From the NCBI RefSeq assembly GCF_006345805.1, contig NC_043003.1, forward strand, positions 38,378,001 to 38,442,000: a stretch of DNA of 64,000 bases, written 5' to 3'. The notes beneath the pieces are model-generated. The model saw only the letters and a program-made list of their open reading frames with translations. It was not told the DNA's origin and ran no database searches. Positions 1 to 57,534 of this stretch are shown one piece after another; the stretch's first letter is position 1, and each line of letters begins with the position of its first letter. The stretch comes from Octopus sinensis (lineage: Eukaryota). Both the position numbers and the translations under genes were made by a program.

Positions 1-41
1 CAACTTTCCAGAAACTGGGCACACTTTTGACTCACCCTGTA
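1..41. mobile_element. Terminus of a mariner-type element cut by the window edge
   Basis: TTTTGACTCACCCTG|TA resembles the TIR end of the MITE at 41170-41191. Confidence 0.5.
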
Positions 42-98
42 TACATATGTGTGTGCGTGTGTTTATCATTTATTGATTTGTAGACGCCTGCATGCTAT

Positions 99-130
<32 letters not shown>

Positions 131-131
<1 letters not shown>

Positions 132-434
132 CTTTATATATAAAATTGAAGTTGTGTGAGAGTCTGTCTACTCCGATTTAGATTCCTAACTACTCCCACA
201 TTTTGCGGTGCAGCTTAACCAAAAGCGGGTATCTTATAGTCGTGATTCATATCGAGCCCTTCTGGGTATTAGCGCGCGTCTACGATGAGTCTACGATTTT
301 AAAATAAATTACCATAATTTTTCCGCATTTTTAATGCATTTTTCGCTTGGTTTATATAAGGGAAGTAACTCTCTAAAAATGCTTATATAGTTATTTCCCT
401 TACAAATCCGAGCAACGCTGGGCGATACTGTTAG
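131..434 (+). mobile_element. Non-autonomous Helitron-like element
   Basis: A|TC 5' end inside a (TA)n run; subterminal imperfect hairpin CCGAGCAACGCTGGG; 3' end TTAG|T (CTAG variant). Confidence 0.6.
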
Positions 435-919
435 TATATATATATATATTTGTACATTGTTGTATGGTCAAAAAGTTTGCTTCTCAAACCCATGATTTCA
501 GCCTTCAGTCCCACTGTGTGCTATTTATACAAGTATTTCCTACTATAGTCCTAAAGCTTTGCGAGTGTATTTGGTACATGGAAACTGTGCATGCGTGTAT
601 ATTTACATTCTGCACTTTGCATGAAAAACCTCTGAGCTGCAAATATTGATATTCCCTGTTAGCAAATCATTTGTCAGCTCTGTACATTTGAAGGTGAATA
701 GAATGAAAAAAGGCCTTTACCTGAGAAACAGTAGGAAGATCATCTGGATGTAAAACAAAGCTTGAAGAATAAGTATTTATCTAACCCATACCAGGTGGGA
801 AACAAATAGATGAATAAACAGATGAACAAATAATATTTCTATTGCATTCTCTCTGATACATATGAAACATTGGACAAAATTGAGGCTGCAGTCTAAATAT
901 GCAACATATTAGAACTTAC

Positions 920-29877
<28,958 letters not shown>

Positions 29878-30969
29878 CTTTAATAGGCAAGAAAAATAAA
29901 CAATTTTCTGATTAACATTTAAAGAAATACACAGATTTTTCAAACAAACAACACATAAATTTATAAATGCATTTTTTATTTATTTATATTTTTTTTTGTT
30001 GTTGATGATTTCAGCTGGAGGAAGATGCACCAACTGCTTTTGCAAGCCCTCTGAAACCGTTGATCTCAACATAGTTAATGTTTTTCTTGTATATGTGGCA
30101 AGGCTCCTGCTGAGATTTGAAACCACCTCACTTAGAATTCTAGCTTAGAACCTCAGCATAAGTATGTTTCTAAATAGGGCGTCGATTGCATAGACGCCGG
30201 TGTTAGACTGGTACTTATTTTATCAGTACTTCTTAAATACAGAGGTCCCGACGCATCTACGGTACGATATAAAGGTGAGGTAACCCAAACCCTAAAACTA
30301 ACCGAAACTCTAAAAACTAACCCTAACGAGTGTGCACTGTTCGGGACCTATGTGTTTAACTGGAGCCATTTTATCAACCCTGAAAAGGACAAAAGGTGAA
30401 GTCAACCTCGACGAAATTTGAACTCTAAACGTAAAGACGGACAAAATACTGCTAAAGATTCTACTAGTTCGCCACCCTTTCAGACTAGATAATAATGATT
30501 TCAAATTTTGGCACAAGACCAGCATTATCGGTGGAGTGAGTCAGTCGATTGTATCGACTCAGTGTTCAACTGTCACTTATTTTATAGACCCGGAAAAAGG
30601 ATGAAAGGTAAGGTTGACTTCGGCGAAATTTGAACGCAAAACGTAAAGATGTACAAAATGCCGCTTAGCATATTGCCCGGCGTGCTAACAATTATGCCAG
30701 CCTGTCACCCTGTGAGAGTAGACAATAATAACAATATGTAAATATTTTTTTTTTATCGGCTTTATGTTATTTAATTTTAGTAATTATTTAACGTTCTTTT
30801 TTGGTTATATTAAATAATTATATATTAAACAAATTATTACAATAATTTATACAATGTATAATTAGTTACGCAGGATTCTAGTACCTCGACTTCGTAAACT
30901 TTTACGTAGTTGCTAAGGACCGAGCTGATAAAATATAATAAAAAAACATATTACTTCGAATAAACATAC

Positions 30970-31290
30970 CGTTGATTTTACAATGAAACCTTATTCGCTG
31001 TATCACTTTCTAATTAGAAAAAAAAAAGCAATCCGATTGATTGTTAAATAATTAAAATATATGATGAATTGGATATATGTTCATAAAAGACTGAACATAT
31101 ACCCGCCATCATATAAACAAAACATTGCTCGGCAACAAGTGACATTGATCGGTTATTTCCGCTCTTTTCCGTTGCTTTCCGCAAGCTATACGTCTACGTA
31201 GCTTTACTTTCTACTGCTTTTGCTCCTGGCTGACGTAAACCATCATAACTCGTGCCATTATAACTCGCATGTCATTGAACCAATGAAAAA
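30970..31290 (-). promoter_or_regulatory. Candidate promoter and 5'UTR exon of the EFCAB7-like gene
   Basis: Minus-strand donor CG|GTATGT at 30970/30969. Clustered motifs: CCGCCAT (YY1-like, 31103), ATTGCTCGGCAAC (RFX X-box-like, 31124-31136), three TTTCCG (ETS-like, 31156/31166/31176), TGACGTAA (31231), CCAAT (31280). Local CpG enrichment. No transcript data. Confidence 0.5.
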
Positions 31291-31962
31291 ACTTTTCAGA
31301 GACGGTTAAGTTGCTAGAAATAGTAATCAAATCTCTCTTAAAATTACACTTTAGCGTCTTAGAAAAGAAAAAAAGACACGGACTGGAATAGTTGGTTATG
31401 GCTGGAACACCTTTGCTCAAAGATCATGATCCATCGAGGCTGACGTGGGATTAAATAACAACACACCTATTTATTTAAATGACTATCGTTATTTGCCCAT
31501 CAAAGCAAAAAGGTTTGATGTGCCGAATATCGAATACTGCACTAAAAAGTTCATTATTTTTAATTTTCCTTTTGGTTGGAAGTAAAAAAAAAAAAAAGTG
31601 ACAGTTATGACCGGCTTCCAAAAAGAAGGGGAGATAATTTCATAAAATTGGCTTCAAATTTTGGCACTAGGCCAGCATTTAAGGGGGTGGTTAAGTCAAT
31701 TATATCGACCCCAGTGCTCGACTGGTACTTATTTTATCGACCCTAAAGGATGAAAGGCAAAGATGACCTCAGCGGAATTCGAACTGAGAATTTGAAGACG
31801 GACGAAATGCCGCTAAGCATTTTACCCAGCATGCTAACGATTCTGTCAGCTCGCCGCCTTCTGAAATTTCCTGAATTTAATTAATCTCTCTAACTTTCAC
31901 ATTCCTCAGTTCCTCCGAATTCCAACTGACTCGTCATCATCAGTGCCATCATGCTCTATTTA

Positions 31963-32742
31963 ATTCTTTATTGCCCACAAGGGGCTAAACATAGAGGAGA
32001 CAAACAAGGACAGACAAAGGGACTAAGTCGATTATATCGACCCCAGTGTGTAACTGGTGCTTATTTAATCGACCCCGAAAGGATGAAAGGCAAAGTCGAC
32101 CTCGGCGGAATTTGAACTCAGAACGTAGCAGCAGACGAAATACTTATTTCTTTACTACCCTCTAGGAGCTAAACACAGAGAGGACAAACAAGGACAGACA
32201 AAGGGACTAAGTCGATTATATCGACCCCAGTGTGTAACTGGTACTTATTTAATCGACCCCGAAAGGATGAAAGGCAAAGTCGACCTCGGCGGAATTTGAA
32301 CTCAGAACATAGCAGCAGACGAAATACTTATTTCTTTACTACTCTCTAGGAGCTAAACACAGAGAGGACAAACAAGGACATGCAAACGGATTAAGTCGAT
32401 TATATCGACCCAGTGCGTAACTGGTACTTATTTAATCGACCCCGAAAGGATGAAAGGCAAAGTCGACCTCGGCGGAATTTGAACTCAGAACGTAGCAGCA
32501 GACGAAATACTTAGTTTTTTACTACTCTCTAGGAGCTAAACACAGAGAGGACAAACAAGGACATGCAAACGGATTAAGTCGATTATATCGACCCAGTGCG
32601 TAACTGGTACTTAATTAATCGACCCCGAAAGGATGAAAGGCAAAGTCGACCTCGGCGGAATTTGAACTCAGAATGTAGCAGCAAGCGAAATACTGCTAAG
32701 CATTTCACCTGACGTGCTAACGATTCTGCCAGCTCGCCGCCT
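31963..32742 (-). repeat. Head-to-tail array of four family-B SINE units (period 183-184 bp)
   Basis: Junction GAAATAC|TTA recurs at 32143, 32327 and 32510; only the rightmost unit keeps the SINE 5' head. Confidence 0.92.
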
Positions 32743-33887
32743 ATTGCTACTACTCGCACCACAACTAAACTACAAGGTCAAAGCCAGAATCACTCCTCAA
32801 GACTAGCACAATTGTTTTTTCCTTTTTTGTTTTAATGAATATGTCTATAACATTTGTTTGTGTAGTGAAAGAAAAGCCTGCTCTTTGTTGGAAAGCAAGG
32901 AACAGCTATAGAACTGTTTCAATCTGTTTAACATCGTCAGCGTAGTATAAAATGAATCAAGCCTGTAGAACAGTGCAGTGGATAGATTTTATAAATGGGA
33001 AAGTTATGAATGCTTTTATCCTATACTTATTTCAGTCATTAGATTGCGGCCATGCTGGGGCACCACCTTGAAGAATTTTTAGTTGAATGAATTAACCCCA
33101 GTACTTTTTTTCTTTTTTTACGCCCGGTACTTATTCAATCGTTCTTTGTTGCCGAACCGTTAAGTTACGGGACGTAAATACACCAACACCGGTTGTCAAG
33201 TAGTGATGGCGGTAGTGGTGGGGGGACAAACACAGATACACAGTCGTGCGTGCACTTGTTTGTCAGGCTCCAGTGTCCTTTGTAAAACATTATATACTAC
33301 TCATCTGATTTCAACACCACGAACAAACTGACATGGAAATCTTTTACAACTATATGCGACAAGACTGACTTTCTCTAAGAGAGCAAAAAAAAAAAAAATA
33401 TACTGATTCTCTTGTGTAGCATATCGAAACCTTTGGTAATCCAGTTAATACTTGACCCCAGAGTCTTAATCCTGCTTCGTTGAAAATTATCAAAGGCGAA
33501 TTTGAACATGTTGGAGTTAGGTATTATCTGCCCTTCTCAGGCACCTTGATCATCACCTCTTCACATGGTTTTACCCAAAAGTTATCTGATAATTGACTCT
33601 TAAACAGATATGTGCTAATCCGGAAAATATTCCTAAAACAGCTGTAGAGGCACTTATCGGATTATTCAAATTTCTCACATTAAAAGAAAGTAAAAATCAA
33701 TATTTTTCGAGATTCCCATACACTGTATATTTCCTAGTCATTATGTTATGTTTGTGTAAGTTCTTCTCTTGTAGGACTAGTTTGAATGAAGTAAGTGGGG
33801 GCTTGAAATGGCTAAATTATTGGAAGATGTTCTCTTTATTCTTTTTCTTTCCATGTCAAATTTACATGATTTTCCCCGAAGTCATAC

Positions 33888-33942
<55 letters not shown>

Positions 33943-33948
<6 letters not shown>

Positions 33949-34145
33949 AATATAAGAGAGTGGTCACTATATGGCTCACTCTAGCACCAGTTAATCCAAA
34001 AGGTTTCAACCACAAAAATACATGTTTCCCATGAAAGTCAGTACGACTGACTTTCATGGGAAACATGTATTTTTGTGGTTGAAACCTTTTGGATTAACTG
34101 GTGCTAGAGTGAGCCATATAGTGACCACTCTCTTATATTTATTTT
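33943..34145. repeat. Perfect palindrome: 100-bp arms, 3-nt spacer (ACG, 34043-34045)
   Basis: 33943-34042 is the reverse complement of 34046-34145; directly follows a (TA)n run. Confidence 0.97.
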
Positions 34146-34271
34146 GTAAAAATATTATAATATATTATAAAATATTATAATAATCCAGGTTTCTCGGAGC
34201 ACTAGGCCACTTGGTGTTGAATAGATATACTATTAAATTAGTATCTAATTCTCTCACCCTTATTAATTAAT

Positions 34272-34345
<74 letters not shown>

Positions 34346-37233
34346 ATATTATATGTGTGTGTATGTGTGTGTGTGTGTGTATGTGTGTGTGTGTGTGTGT
34401 GTGCATGTATGTATGTATTATGTATGTATGTATGTATGTATGTATGTATATTTAAGAAAATTCGCCGAATTTTCTTTGGAGAACATTCTTTCTTTGTAGT
34501 TAGATCGTATGTGATCTTCTAGCATATGCTTATCCACCTAGTGGTTTTTAGCCCTAAATATACACATGTATTGAAATTTTTTCTGATTTTTCAGATTTTT
34601 TATATGCTAGGCTACTGGTTTTAAATTGATATTAATTAAATTAATATTCAATTTATCTCCCTCATTATTTAAATATATATATATACATACATACATATGT
34701 GTGTGTATGTGTTTCTCCCCCACTACCTCTTGACAACCGGTGCTGGTGCGTTTACGTGGTTGAGTGGTTAAGAATTTCACCTTGCAAACAAGTGGTTTCA
34801 GATTCAGTCCTATGTGTATCTTAACTCAAAAGCTCTACACTAAATACTCTCAATCTTTCTTTCTCAAAAATGGGACTCCCATTTTCATACATGTATAATC
34901 TCCTATCCCTAATCTACTCAGGTGAAATTCCTCTCTCCCATTTATTATACATACATGCATTCGAACGTAGCAGGGAACAGCTAGCCTTTGGCCGCTATTT
35001 GGATCCCGTTGTATCCACTACTCTGATTGGTTGGTATTGGTGCAATTTGTCTCTTACTCGTTTGCGCCAACTTGCCGCGTATAATCAGTCTGAGGCTCTA
35101 AATAGGATCACGTACGACAGCTTGTTCACTACTCTGTTTTAGCTTACACCTTATAAAAACTCAACTTTTCATCATTCCGAGGTCTTTGGTTCCAGCCACT
35201 GACCACGAAGACACAACCAGTTCCAGCGATGACAACTCCTCTACCACAGCAACTATGTTGAGACTTACCAATTTTGTCACAGCATTGTGACAACTGCCTC
35301 CTTCGTTGCCACCATCATTGTCTTTCTTAACGTCGTCAACATCACCTCTCTACGTTCACAGCTTGGCAAGCATTTCACCCAGGTTCCAACAGTTCGCTGT
35401 TCGTGAATTAGTTAACCGCGGATCAAACAGCGAATATACAACCTGCATGAACTCCCGTGCAAGTGACCCAGGCAGCAGCATTACAGCTACGACTTCACGT
35501 ACGACATGTATCTGTAACCGGCTCAGCATCCTGGCCGCAACTTCTTGATACAGTATTTCAACAACCTTGTGCTATTGACTACGAAGTTGTATTATTGTCA
35601 TTCTTGTGTCTATGAACTTACTTCTCATTCGATGGCTATAGACGTTTTCACTGCTTTCTTCTTATTGCCATCTTTAAATGTTCTTAATATGCGCATACAT
35701 GTATGCCTACACGCACACAAACATTTTGTTCTCATGGAGTCGGCTATTCTGTATAGATGACGCACACACAGACATACATGTTATCACATCAATAAATGTT
35801 CTCTTAATCATTCTTATGTGGTTGTGTCTCTTTCCATCTGGCATGTATATGTTCTATTCAATTTCTCTTTATTGTAACGGCTGCGTGATGTTGTACAAAA
35901 AGGCCATTCTTCGTCACCTCATATTACACGGCCATTACAAAACAACATTATTTCTGTTAACGTCACCCAAAACAAAAGAAAAGTGAAAGCAAACAGGAAA
36001 ACGAAGTCTTCGAAAAGCCGACGTTCTTGGTCCCCTGACAATTTTCCTGCTCACCGCTGTCGGAGCGGAGGTTTCTGTCCTCGAATCTGAGCCCCGCGTG
36101 TCAGAATAGCTGTTCCAGCACATCTCACTCGCTATCCTCCGGAGCAACACTTTTTTTCATTTTGTCTGCTGGTGCCATGAGAAATGTTTCTATATTGTGA
36201 AAGGCAAGATTCTCCGTTAATCCTGCTATTTTGACTTAAACCACCCTTTTATTACCATTGTAATAACGATGTGGGTACTGACATATGCAGTGTTATGTGA
36301 TTTATTACGAAAACGCCTTTCCTTGGAAACATCACTAGACATAACACATAAGCAATAGCATATCTAAAATGGTTAAAGTGGATAGTTTTTTAAAGGGAGG
36401 TTACTCATTAGGGTTTATTTGGAAGGAAAATAACTTTTCTCCCTTGAACTACAGAAGTCAAAATACCAACATATATACATATATAACTTTTTAGAGATTA
36501 TCGAACTTCGATATAAGAAAAACCTACAACCTTATAGGCCAATAAATTATTATTGTTCAATATTCCCTGGTCGTACCTCAATGTGTCTTGCCAGAACACA
36601 GTAATATGGATTCATATTTTGGCACGAGGTCAGCGATTTTGAGGGAGGAGCAAGTCTATTATATCGACCCCAGTGTTCAATGTTCAACTGGTACTTATTT
36701 CAACGACCCCGAAAGGATGAAAGGCAAAGCCGACCTCGCCGGAATTTGAACTCAGAACGTAGCGACAGACGAAATGCCGCTAAGGATTCTGCCCGGCGTG
36801 CTAACGATTCTGCCAAGCCGCTGCCTTAATGTCAGGTAATGAAAGCAAATTCAACCTCGGCGGAATTTGATCTCAGATAATAGAGTTCTGGAAGATTAAT
36901 AATAATAATTATCCTTTCCCACAAAGGCAAAAGGCCTGAAATTTTGAGTGAGGTGGGACTGAACTCAGAATATAGCGACGGGCAAAATACCTATTTCTTT
37001 ACTACCTACAAGGGGTTTAACACAGAGAGGACAAACAAGGACAGACAAAGGGATTAAGTCGATTATATCGACCCCAGTGCGTAACTGGTACTTATTTAAT
37101 CGACCCCGAAAGGATGAAAGGCAAAGTCGACCTCGGCGAAATTTGAACTCAGAACGTAACGGCAGACGAACTACCGCGAAGCGTTTCGCCCGGCGTCTTA
37201 ACGGTTCTACCAGAACGCCGCCTTTAATAATAA

Positions 37234-37311
<78 letters not shown>

Positions 37312-38886
37312 TAATAATAATAACAACAACAACAACAACAACAATAACAACAATAATAATAATAATAATAACAATAATAATTTCATTTATTTTCAACAAG
37401 GTTCTTATATACATAAAATATGTGTTACAATAAGGCTTTACAGGGTTTGTGGGCTATGTACACACAGTTACATAGAACGCGTCACAGGAACAGAATCGTT
37501 GTTCAATAAAAAATAATAAAAATTTGAAACCAGTAATTACATATAAGACACATAGGATAAGTACACACACACGCACAACTTTACATGTCTACGTAGATCC
37601 TACCGGATATTACGCTATTTCGTGTTATTGCTGTGCTGTAAAGACATTAAGCCAAGGACCATCGTCACGCGCGCGATATTTGTATTTTGCAGTCTCATAT
37701 GTTGTGGAATCTGTCGTCTTGCCTCTTACTCTGTCTTAAAAGGCAGCCACACGTTTCCATATACTCCATGATCGATAGAAACATTATTCCATCAACAGTC
37801 AGAGCTCCTTCCAACTTTCGTGAAACGTGTCATTCTCTGCACGTAATATATAACATCTGCAATTACCGCCCAATAAATGATATATCTCACACAACAAATT
37901 CTCGTAGCAACTCTCATGTTTTTCACCGGTTTTCCCCATTAGCTAATGTGAGAACAGTATTCTTGCAATCATTCTTGGCTATAAGTCAGAACTAAAAGGA
38001 AACTTCCTTTTTTCTTTTCGCCATGTCTCAAAAATCAACATAGGCTTTTTCATCCGTATAGAACTCTCATTTCAGCTATGTTAAAATAATCAGATGTGTT
38101 TAAGCTGAACGAGAAATCATTTCCCATACGTGTTTCTTATTTTCCATCAGGTATGTTATTTCCTTTTCTGTTAATCACAGCGACGTTATCTGGTTTCACC
38201 GAGAGTGACACTCAAAAGGAACATTTATTTATGAAAGTTCGTACAATGCTCTTTCTAAAACTTTAAATTTCGTATTCGACTTTACAAATACATACATTTG
38301 AATAAACATTTTCTATCACACATTTATACACTCCTTGTTTATATTTATACGGTATTCATCATTTTTATACATTTATACAATCCTTGCTTTTATTTATGTG
38401 CATTCGTCATTTTCTTTCTGTATATCATTGACGCATAATTCAAATCTGATTCCATAAACCTTTGAAAAAATACGTACTGTTTGGCAACTTTGAATTAGAG
38501 CACCATTAACGCAAAGGTAGTCTACGCTTTTGATAGTAAGTAGAAAATGAAGGAGAAAACTATTATAATTAAATTACAGTTACTATGCTTGCGCATTCAT
38601 ATTCTATAAGTACTCTATGGAATCACTGCTCAATAAAATGCCACACTCTAAACTGTTACATAATCAATATCTCAGTTTATAACAACAGCTCACGCAGATC
38701 ATACAACGGGTACAATATATAGTCGTCACTCATTGATATAAGAACCTGCACATAAAACACTTCATCCTATTACCGCTCAACAGTAAACTGAAACGCCTAA
38801 CACTAATCACACAACACATTCTACTAGATATAACGACGACGACGACGACGACGACAACAACAACAACAACAACAACAGTAACAATA

Positions 38887-38918
<32 letters not shown>

Positions 38919-39605
38919 TAATAATAATAATAATAATAATCCTTTCTACTATAGGAGCAAGGCCTAGAATATGTGGGGAAAAGTATTGTCGACCACATCG
39001 ACCCCAGTACTCAACTGCTACTTAATTTATCGACCCCCGAAAAGATGAAAGGCAAAGTCGACCTCGGCGGGATTTGAACTCAGAACGTAAAGTCAAAAGA
39101 AATGCCGCTAAGCATTTTGCCCGTCGTGTTAATGATTCTGCCATCTCGCCGCCTTTACAACAACAACAGCAGCAGCAGCAACAGTTTCAAAATTTAGCAC
39201 AAGGACAACGATTTTGAGGCTAGGGGACAGTCGAGTACATCGACCCCCAGAACTCGAATTGTATTTTTATTTTATTGACCCCCGCAAAAGGATGAAAGGT
39301 ATTGTTGACCTTTGAAGGATTTGAACTTAGAAAACAGAGTCGGAAGAAATGTCGCAACGCATTCTTTTCGATGCTCGAACCGTTTTGCCAAACCACCGAC
39401 TTTAACAACAACAACAACAACAACAACCCTTTCTACTGATGGCACAAGGCCTAAAATTTGGGGTTAAGGGAATAGTTGATTACATCGACCCCGGTGTTTC
39501 ACTGGTACTTATTTTATCGACCCCGAAAGGATGAAAAGTCTCGGGTCAATTAATGATAATAATGATAATAATTTATGACTTTCTTCAACTTTATTCACAA
39601 CCTTG

Positions 39606-39672
<67 letters not shown>

Positions 39673-39684
39673 TAATAAGAAGAA

Positions 39685-39843
39685 GAAAATTGCACTACTA
39701 GGCACTGCACACATCCTACGCAGAACACTTTCCATACAATAACCATCAGAGCATCACAACAAATCACAGCACATACCCAAGGCACACAGAGCTGCGCTCG
39801 GTAGTGAAGTGAAAGCACGCTATAAAAATAAAACTACTGAATG

Positions 39844-39890
<47 letters not shown>
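39685..39890 (+). mobile_element. Third R4/Dong-like 3' fragment inside (TAA)n, just downstream of the SLC16-like stop codon
   Basis: KIALLGTAHILRRTLSIQ* plus a 3'UTR nearly identical to 6860-6960; (TAA)n on both sides. Confidence 0.85.
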
Positions 39891-39899
<9 letters not shown>

Positions 39900-39924
39900 A
39901 ACACAACGACAAACGAATATTTTT

Positions 39925-55940
<16,016 letters not shown>

Positions 55941-56240
55941 CTGGAATTAATAACCACGACAACAACAACATCAGCAATAGTAACAATAATTGGATCATAA
56001 ATAAATAGTATATAATACTTGTATATTTTGAATTCACTTGTCATTGCTTTTAAGATATGCATTTATCTAAAAAAAAAAAAACATGTAATACGTGGAATCC
56101 CTGTTGGCAATTATTGTAAGGATTATAATCACTACTGGATAAGTCTTAAATTACGGTGGAATGAGAAGTTTGAATTTTAAACTCAAAAGTAATGAAGATG
56201 CACAGCATATACATATTTTGTTTTACTCATTACAAAGATC

Positions 56241-56660
56241 CCGCATGGTTCTTGGTCTCAAGCATTTGTCTTATGAAGAAAGGCTGAAGACGCTCGACCT
56301 TTATTCTCTAGAAAAACGACGACGTCGTGCTGATCTCATCCTCGCTCAGAACATCATAAGCGGAAAGTGTAACCTCTCAAAAGAGCTGTTCTTCACTCCT
56401 GCTCTAGAGCGTCGGCTGCGGGGTCACTCCGAAAAGCTCTATCTGCGACGATTTCATCTCAATCGAAGGGGAGGAGCTTTCTCCGTCCGGGTTGCGGATC
56501 CGTGGAATAAGATGCCGACGACCGCTCGGTTCAAAGACTCTCTTGACCAGAAATGGCCTGAACTCTTTGCATTAACACCCTCCCAGTACATAACTCCATG
56601 TCCTCCTACAAGGCCTTGCTTTTGTTTTTTGAGCCAAAGAATTAGCTTAACTTAACTTAA
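56241..56660 (+). mobile_element. CR1-clade LINE 3' fragment
   Basis: RMVLGLKHLSYEERLKTLDLYSLEKRRRRADLI...LRGHSEKL...FSVRVADPWNKMP, with a short (TTAAC)n tail. Confidence 0.88.
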
Positions 56661-57534
56661 AATGTATTTTAGTCTCACCTAACATTTTGATCTTATGTTG
56701 AAATCCAGTAAAACAATTAGATTATCAGAGCATTTCTTAGAGAATGATTAAAAAGTGGGCAAGAATATTTGCGTCCTTTTGTCTGAGATGATTCCGACTC
56801 TAGCTTCCAAAATAGTATCCCATATACTGATGTTTAGGCATAAAAAGGCCTTATCAAGACAATGAACTTTGACATTTGGGCAAGTGACTGATGTCAGCAT
56901 CAACATACATTGTCTTTTACACTTCAGTAGATACCATATTCATAAGGTGCATTTATATATACGTGCGGTGGGGAAAGTCTCTTGGCTACTGGTAGAACGA
57001 TTGTCGTGCTGATGACGCCTATTAAAGCAGAAATACGCCTACACTTTTGTCCTCTTATCTCCAGACAATAAACCTGACCTTTTCCCTGATGGCATGTCTG
57101 TAGAGAATTTTGATTCTTGAGATTATCTCCCCTTCTCAAGTAGAACTAGTCATAATTTCCATTTAATAATTATGTTACATCCTCTAGATACGGAGAAGAT
57201 CTTAATATATTAGTGACTTATGTTGTATGGTATTTGATATACCTGTATTTGTGTATGTTGTTCAAATACATATCATCAGCCATTCTTGTTCCCACCGATT
57301 ATAAGGACTTATTGTGGTAATTCAGCGACTGTAACTACACTCGCGTATTACGTACGTAAGCTTTGCTCGCTTAAGTTTTATGAAAGTAAAGTTTTGTCAC
57401 TCTTGCCTGACAACGCTCCGGGATACGCATGTGTAAGAAGTCGTTAAGAGCAGTGGAAACAGAAATTGAACATTAAATCAACAAGTTTCATTCGTTGAAG
57501 TAGCATCCTGAAAAGAGATACTAATTTAAGGCTT

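Noticed and set aside
721-780. Possible tenth EFCAB7 exon on the minus strand (TAG|INTYSSSFVLHPDDLPTVSQ|GTAAAG)
   Set aside because: Splice sites and phase are plausible, but the peptide does not resemble the expected next block (G.Y.LIP.TTGC), so it is unsupported.
31211-31420. 69-aa minus ORF as the last exon of an extra gene
   Set aside because: No recognisable homology or upstream exons; it overlaps the motif cluster better explained as a promoter.
35160-35560. Minus-strand frame rich in TGA suggesting selenocysteine or mitochondrial-code reading (NUMT)
   Set aside because: TAA stops occur in the same frame, there is no resemblance to mitochondrial proteins or selenoproteins, and no SECIS was identified.
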